From Macrostomum hystrix (Eukaryota; Animalia; Platyhelminthes), in NCBI GenBank assembly GCA_950097015.1, contig CATNEN010000030.1:4831895-4895894 (forward strand): a DNA stretch of 64,000 nucleotides. Direction: 5' to 3'. Numbering within the stretch: the first letter of the stretch is position 1; each line of letters starts with the position of its first letter. A program made the position numbers and the translations under genes. The notes beneath the pieces are model-generated. The model saw only the letters and a program-made list of their open reading frames with translations. It did no database searches and had not been told where the DNA came from. Of the stretch, positions 59,067 through 64,000 are shown one piece after another.

Positions 59067-62000
59067 ATGATGATCCCCGGAATATCATGTCTGCAAGTTA
59101 ACACCCAGCACTGCGTGGCAGCATCAGTCAATCTGATGCGCACGACAGAGCGCATGATGCCGGGCCTTGTACTTGTGCAGGAGCCCTGGCTATCAAAGAA
59201 CAAGCCAAGCAACATTCCTGCTGGCTATGACTGCTTCTGCATGGCAGACTCTGTCCGCCCTAGATCACTGATCTATGCCGCAAAAGCCTTAAATGCGTGG
59301 ATGAGACCCGATCTCTCTAACGGGGACATCTGCGTCATCCAATCTGCACACATTGTGCCTAACAAGTTGACCCTCGTGGCATCCGCCTACCTGGCAGGCG
59401 ACGCCCCCGTGGTTAGCGATACCCTCGTCGCCCTCTGTGAATTCGCCAGGGCACGAAACTTCGAGCTGCTCCTCGCGGGAGATGTAAACTCGCATCACAC
59501 CCACTGGGGTAGCTCAAAAATCAATGACCGCGGCGAAGAGCTCCTGGCCTTCGTCAGCGGCACGCCTCTAAACTTCTGCAATGTGGGCAACACGCCCACT
59601 TTCGACAATGGGCGGTGGGCTGAGGTGCTTGACGTCACCCTGGCCTCACCCGGCATCCTCCCAAGGGTGCTGGGGTGGGAGGTGTGGGAGACCGAAAGCT
59701 CGCTCTCGGACCACCGTTTCATCCGTTTCAACATCGGCACCCCCGATAAGAAGCAAAAGCCTATTTGGAGGCGTAATGTCAGAAATACCGACTGGCCCGC
59801 GTTCAGCCAAAAGCTGCATGAGGGCCTTCGGGATTCTGACCCCTCCATGGCCATGGAAACCACGCAGGACCTGGATGGAGTGGCTGCCCTGCTGGGCGGC
59901 GCCATCACAGAGGCCTACGAAATGGCTTGCCCGCTCAAAGCCTACAAAGGCAAAAAATCGGCCCCCTGGTGGAACCCCGAGCTCGGAGTCCTAAGACGCC
60001 GAGCTAAGGCTCTCCAGAGGAAGCTGAAAACCTCGCACGACCCTGATGACAAAGAGGCCTATACTCGCGCCATCCACGAGTTTAAGGGCCGGGTCAGAAG
60101 GGCAAAAGCGGACAAGTGGCGACAATACTGCGAAGGGCTTGAGGGCTCGCGGCCCACGGCCCGCGTGGTAAAGGCGCTCACCAACGACCGCTTCTCCAAG
60201 CTCTCATCGATTAAAAAGCCGGACGGCTCGATCACTGAGCGCCCGGAGGAAACGCTCGAGCTTATGCTAGGGCATTTCTTCCCGAGTGTACCGGCGCACT
60301 TCGGCCCAGACGACCACTCGCGTGGAGGTCAGGGCCTGGCTCAGTCACTCGTTACGAATGACCGCATCGTTCGCGCGGCTAAGTCATTCAATCCTTTTAA
60401 AGCACCTGGGCCAGATGGTATATATCCGGCCTTTCTGCATGAAGCGGTTAAAAATGGCCGCTTCCTCCATCTCCTCTGCAGACTTCTACGGGCCTGCATC
60501 GTGCTGGGCTACGTACCAGCGCGGTGGCATGAAGCCCGGGTCGTCTTCATCCCGAAGCCCGCCAAAGGCGACTATCGCTCGGTCAAGTCTTATCGCCCGA
60601 TAAGCTTGACTTCCACCTGCCTCAAGCTCATGGAAAGACTGGTGCTCTGGCGCCTTCTTACTGTAGAGCTAGGGCGGGCCCCGCTCTCACCAAACCAGCA
60701 CGCCTTTCGGGCGGGCCGGTCCACGGAGAGCGCCCTCCACTGCATTGTGGAGACTCTCGAGAAGGCAGTGCTGGGCAGCGGTTTTGCCCTGGCTGTTTTC
60801 CTTGATATTGAGGGGGCCTTCGATAACGTTATTTTCGAAGCCTTTGAGAAGGCCCTGGTTTCCAGGGCCACTCACCCCCACCTCGTCCGTTGGGTCATGT
60901 ACATGATCCGGAATCGCCACGTGGTGGCCCACCTCGAAGGCAGGGTGCTCTCGGCACCTGTCCTAAAAGGAGGGCCCCAAGGTGGCGTCCTCACCCCACT
61001 GCTGTGGAATCTCGTCATGGATGAGCTGCTAAAAAGCACTCGGCCTGACCCAGTCCTGAAGGTGGGATATGCCGACGATGTGACCGCCATCTGCGCGGGC
61101 CCCTCGGCGGAAACCACCAGGGACCTCATTCAGGGCTTTATCAACAGGGCGGTGCGCTGGGCGGACCAATGCGGGCTCCGACTCTCTGAGTCCAAGACCG
61201 TTGCGGTTATGTTTACCAGCAGGCTGCGCTGGACCATTGAGCCTCTGACTCTCTATGGCAAGAATATTGCCATGGAAAAGCAGGTCCGGTGCCTTGGTAT
61301 CCTGCTAGACCATAGGCTTAACTGGACCCCGCACATTACCACAAAGGCCAAGAGGGCCCTGGCCATTCTGGCGCAAGTCAGGCGAGCCGTGGGCACCACT
61401 TGGGGGCTAACCCCCAAAAACCTTTGGTGGATTTACACGGCGATCATTAGACCGTCAGTCGCTTACGCTGGCCTCATCTGGGCCAGTGCCATGAGCATCC
61501 AGAAAAACCTGGAGGCGCTTTATAGGGTGCAGGGCAGAGCCTGTCGCATGACGCTGGGCGCCCCACCCTCCACTCCCTTTGAAGGCATGAACGCTTTCCT
61601 CAACGCTACACCCATTGACATTTTTGTTAAGGGGGAAGCGGCAAAGTCCACCCGTCGTCTCCTTGATGCGGGTGTATCCTTCCAGAATTCGCGAGCCTTC
61701 TCGAAGCGCTCCCTTCTGCCCCACTCTGACCTCTGCCTGAAAACTCTGGGCGAGTGCGGAGGGCTCACCATCCTTTCGGACGGGGCCCCGGCCACTTTAC
61801 TCCGGAGCCACAGGTACAAAGTCAGCATCTTCCCTCGTAATGAGGTAAAGGACTGCTGGGATGACCCCGCAGTCCACTGTTACACTGACGGCTCCCTGAT
61901 GAACGGTAAATCGGGATTCGGGGTGTGCGTCGCCTCGGGTGGCGAGGTCCTCTGGACCCACTCCCAACACTGTGGCAAGAGCTCAAGCGTTTTCCAAAAC

Positions 62001-62771
62001 GAAATGCTCGCCATCAGCTTCTGTGCGGCTGAGCTGCGCCAGAGGCAGCTGGCTGGTCGGAGGATCTTTTTTCACTCCGACAGTCAAGCAGCCCTCAAGG
62101 CCCTCAGTCGCTGCACCTCTCGCTCCAGAACCACCTTGGACTGCAACACCCAGTTAAACGGTTTGGCGCAGTCTAACAAGGTGGAGCTGATGTGGATCCC
62201 TGGGCACGCCGGGCTCACAGGGAATGAGATGGCGGACGAGCTTGCAAAGGCTGGAGCAGCCAGCTCCCTGATGGGCCCGGGCCCGGAATCCCCGATCCCC
62301 GCCTCCGTTGTCAACTCCAGCATCAACCACTGGATGGAGACCCAGCACCGGAGGAGGTGGTCCAGCACCCTGAACTGTCGCCAGTCCAGGGCTGCGGTGC
62401 CAACCCCCTCTAGTAACCTGCGTAAGGCCTTACTCAGGCTAAACCGCAGAGACCTGAGAGCAGTCACCATGGCCCTTTCGGGACATGGCTGCTTCACCAG
62501 ACACCGCTACCTCCAAGGCCACGTGCCTGAGGAAACGTGTCCTTTCTGCTGCTCCGGCCGTGAAAACGCCGAGCATTTCATTTGCCACTGCCCGGCCTTC
62601 ACCCGGGCTAGGCTAAAACACCTCGGGCCGGCACCGACTCTTGCCGAAGCCTGCTCGCCCGAGAACATCCCTCAGCTCGCCCACTTCCTCCGGGATACCG
62701 GCCGAGCTGATTTCTTCCCAGCCTATGGCGAGGAAGATCGCGCGGCGGAACCGACCGACGGACCACCCTGA
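59067..62771 (+). CDS. LINE ORF2 polyprotein (1234 aa): APE endonuclease - reverse transcriptase - RNase H - CCHC zinc finger
   Basis: APE motifs VQEPW, GDVNSHH, LDVT, SDH. RT motifs [35 protein letters not shown] and YADD (61068-61079). RNase H motifs YTDGS (from 61881), [28 protein letters not shown]2CX8HX4C at 62538-62591. Confidence 0.98.
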   Translation: MMIPGISCLQVNTQHCVAASVNLMRTTERMMPGLVLVQEPWLSKNKPSNIPAGYDCFCMADSVRPRSLIYAAKALNAWMRPDLSNGDICVIQSAHIVPNKLTLVASAYLAGDAPVVSDTLVALCEFARARNFELLLAGDVNSHHTHWGSSKINDRGEELLAFVSGTPLNFCNVGNTPTFDNGRWAEVLDVTLASPGILPRVLGWEVWETESSLSDHRFIRFNIGTPDKKQKPIWRRNVRNTDWPAFSQKLHEGLRDSDPSMAMETTQDLDGVAALLGGAITEAYEMACPLKAYKGKKSAPWWNPELGVLRRRAKALQRKLKTSHDPDDKEAYTRAIHEFKGRVRRAKADKWRQYCEGLEGSRPTARVVKALTNDRFSKLSSIKKPDGSITERPEETLELMLGHFFPSVPAHFGPDDHSRGGQGLAQSLVTNDRIVRAAKSFNPFKAPGPDGIYPAFLHEAVKNGRFLHLLCRLLRACIVLGYVPARWHEARVVFIPKPAKGDYRSVKSYRPISLTSTCLKLMERLVLWRLLTVELGRAPLSPNQHAFRAGRSTESALHCIVETLEKAVLGSGFALAVFLDIEGAFDNVIFEAFEKALVSRATHPHLVRWVMYMIRNRHVVAHLEGRVLSAPVLKGGPQGGVLTPLLWNLVMDELLKSTRPDPVLKVGYADDVTAICAGPSAETTRDLIQGFINRAVRWADQCGLRLSESKTVAVMFTSRLRWTIEPLTLYGKNIAMEKQVRCLGILLDHRLNWTPHITTKAKRALAILAQVRRAVGTTWGLTPKNLWWIYTAIIRPSVAYAGLIWASAMSIQKNLEALYRVQGRACRMTLGAPPSTPFEGMNAFLNATPIDIFVKGEAAKSTRRLLDAGVSFQNSRAFSKRSLLPHSDLCLKTLGECGGLTILSDGAPATLLRSHRYKVSIFPRNEVKDCWDDPAVHCYTDGSLMNGKSGFGVCVASGGEVLWTHSQHCGKSSSVFQNEMLAISFCAAELRQRQLAGRRIFFHSDSQAALKALSRCTSRSRTTLDCNTQLNGLAQSNKVELMWIPGHAGLTGNEMADELAKAGAASSLMGPGPESPIPASVVNSSINHWMETQHRRRWSSTLNCRQSRAAVPTPSSNLRKALLRLNRRDLRAVTMALSGHGCFTRHRYLQGHVPEETCPFCCSGRENAEHFICHCPAFTRARLKHLGPAPTLAEACSPENIPQLAHFLRDTGRADFFPAYGEEDRAAEPTDGPP

Positions 62772-62872
62772 GCGGCACCGCCTCGCTGGAGGCCGTCTGG
62801 CTGCCAGGGGTTAGCGATATGGGCGGCAATAGCCGCCTCCTCGCTGCGTCCGTCATGGAGGCCCCCTGCCGC
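62772..62872 (+). other. LINE 3' UTR, highly base-paired
   Basis: AGCGGCA 62771-62777 / TGCCGCT 62867-62873 closes the region. Internal hairpins: GCCTC/GAGGC 62780-62793 and GGCGGC-AATA-GCCGCC 62822-62837. Confidence 0.75.
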
Positions 62873-62890
62873 TAAGTCAAGTAAGTCAAG
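62873..62890 (+). repeat. 3' terminal tandem repeat tail (TAAGTCAAG)2, no poly(A)
   Basis: TAAGTCAAG at 62873-62881 and 62882-62890, immediately before the right TSD. Confidence 0.9.
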
Positions 62891-62902
62891 TCCAGCTAGC
62901 TT
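62891..62902 (+). repeat. Right target-site duplication TCCAGCTAGCTT
   Basis: Identical to 56826-56837; the interrupted monomer resumes in register. Confidence 0.95.
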
Positions 62903-64000
62903 TTCTCATGAATCGTAGTTTGCTGCTTTATTAGCACTTAATACAGGCTTTCACAGGTCTAGCTTCTTGCTTGACAATGAAGAGCTTTAAGAACAATTAA
63001 AGCACCTTTTACGCGCTGAAGAACAGCTTGGCGCGTGCTGCTTGCAAGGAGTGCGTTTCGCTGCTCATTCAGCACAGAGTATTGGCGCTGATGGCAATTT
63101 TCTGGATTGAAAAAAGCCTTCACGTTTACCAACACTCACAGTGTGCAGTGCAGTGTGCAGTGCAGATGGCAATGCAGGAAAAACATCGAAGTGTGCGCTG
63201 TATATAAGTTCCGGCTAGCTTTTCTCATAAATCGTAGTTACTTGCTAAATAAGCACTTGAAACAGGCTTTCACAGGTCTGGCTTCTTGCTTGACAATGAA
63301 GAGTTTTAAGAACAATTAAAGCACCTTTTACGCGCTGAAGAACAGCTTGGCGCGTGCTGCTTGCAAGGAGTGCGTTACGCTGCTCATTCAGCACAGAGTA
63401 TTGGCGCTGATGGCAATTTTCTGGATTGAAAAAAGCCTTCACGTTTACCAACACTCACAGTGTGCAGTGCAGGGTGCAGTGCAGATGGCAATGCAGGAAA
63501 AACATCGAAGTGTGCGCTGTATATAAGTTCCAGCTAGCTTTTCTCATGAATCGTAGTATGTTGCTAAAGAAGCACTTAAAACTGGCTTTCACAGGTCTAG
63601 CTTCTTGCTTGATAATGTAGATTTTTAAGAACAATTAAAGCACATTTTACGCGCTCAAGAACAGCTTGGCAAGTGCTGCTTGCAAGGAGTGCGTTTCGCT
63701 GCTAATTCAGCACAGAGTATTGGCGCTGATGGCAATTTGCTGGATTGAAAAATGTGTTTAACATTACCAGCACTAACAGTGTGCAGGAAGATGGCAATGC
63801 AGGGCCGACATCGAGCTTGCGCTACACATAAGTTCCAGCTAGCTTTTCTCATGAATCGTAGTTTGCTGCTTTATTAGCACTTAATACAGGCTTTCACAGG
63901 TCTAGCTACTTGCTTGACAATGAAGAGTTTTAAGAACAATTAAAGCACCTTTTACGCGCTGAAGAACAGCTTGGCGCGTGCTGCTTGCAAGGAGTGCGTT
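62891..64000. repeat. Satellite array resumes (domain B monomer types) and runs off the window end
   Basis: The A'/319/319/A' monomer order matches that near 51.9-52.9 kb. Confidence 0.98.

Larger units (their letters stand above)
56838..62890 (+). mobile_element. Full-length non-LTR retrotransposon (LINE), LOA-clade-like, 6053 bp, inserted in the satellite
   Basis: Two long intact ORFs (ORF1; APE-RT-RNase H-CCHC ORF2), 669-nt 5' UTR, short-repeat 3' tail, perfect TSD, no terminal repeats. The clade call rests on recalled similarity of the APE N-terminus ([12 protein letters not shown]), the RNase H and the ORF1 pattern to LOA/Lian-type elements, not on a search. Confidence 0.95.

Noticed and set aside
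57473-62856. Many overlapping antisense and alternate-frame ORFs of 60-224 aa within the LINE
   Set aside because: Expected shadows of GC-rich coding sequence with few stops; low-complexity translations without motifs.
62757-62882. Second HDV-like core in the 3' end: GACGGAC 62757-62763 / GUCCGUC 62848-62854, UCCUCGC 62838-62844, GG 62857-62858, GGC/GCC mini-P4, GCUAA 62871-62875
   Set aside because: P2 cannot form with the tail, P3 has a C.U mismatch, two extra bases separate P1 from the GG, and cleavage would fall inside ORF2. It is at most a relic; a cleavage assay on 62730-62900 would settle it.
56838-62890. LTR retrotransposon or DNA transposon interpretation
   Set aside because: No LTRs or terminal inverted repeats and no integrase or protease; the APE-RT arrangement and repeat tail define a non-LTR element.

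Overview
Eukaryotic heterochromatin-type window. About 58 kb is one head-to-tail satellite array: 305-bp monomer, about 43% GC by hand count of monomer 1, all monomers in the same orientation. The left domain (1 to about 48.6 kb) has monomers of 305/354/403/452 bp carrying 1-4 copies of an internal 49-bp unit, arranged in several local higher-order repeats. The right domain (from about 48.7 kb) has diverged 319-bp monomer types and no 49-bp expansions. One apparently full-length, intact 6,053-bp non-LTR retrotransposon is inserted at 56838-62890 on the + strand. It is LOA-clade-like: ORF1 without zinc knuckles, ORF2 with APE endonuclease, RT, RNase H and CCHC. It has a perfect 12-bp target-site duplication and a (TAAGTCAAG)2 tail. 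The main finding is that the first ~234 nt of the element fold by hand into a complete HDV/CPEB3-type self-cleaving ribozyme. The predicted cleavage site is exactly the TSD/element junction, and the fold carries a ~155-nt multi-hairpin J1/2 insertion. This suggests (inference) a LINE that can be cut out of read-through satellite transcripts, as R2 is from rRNA transcripts. All structures were paired by eye; no folding program or database search was run, and the host organism cannot be identified from the sequence alone.
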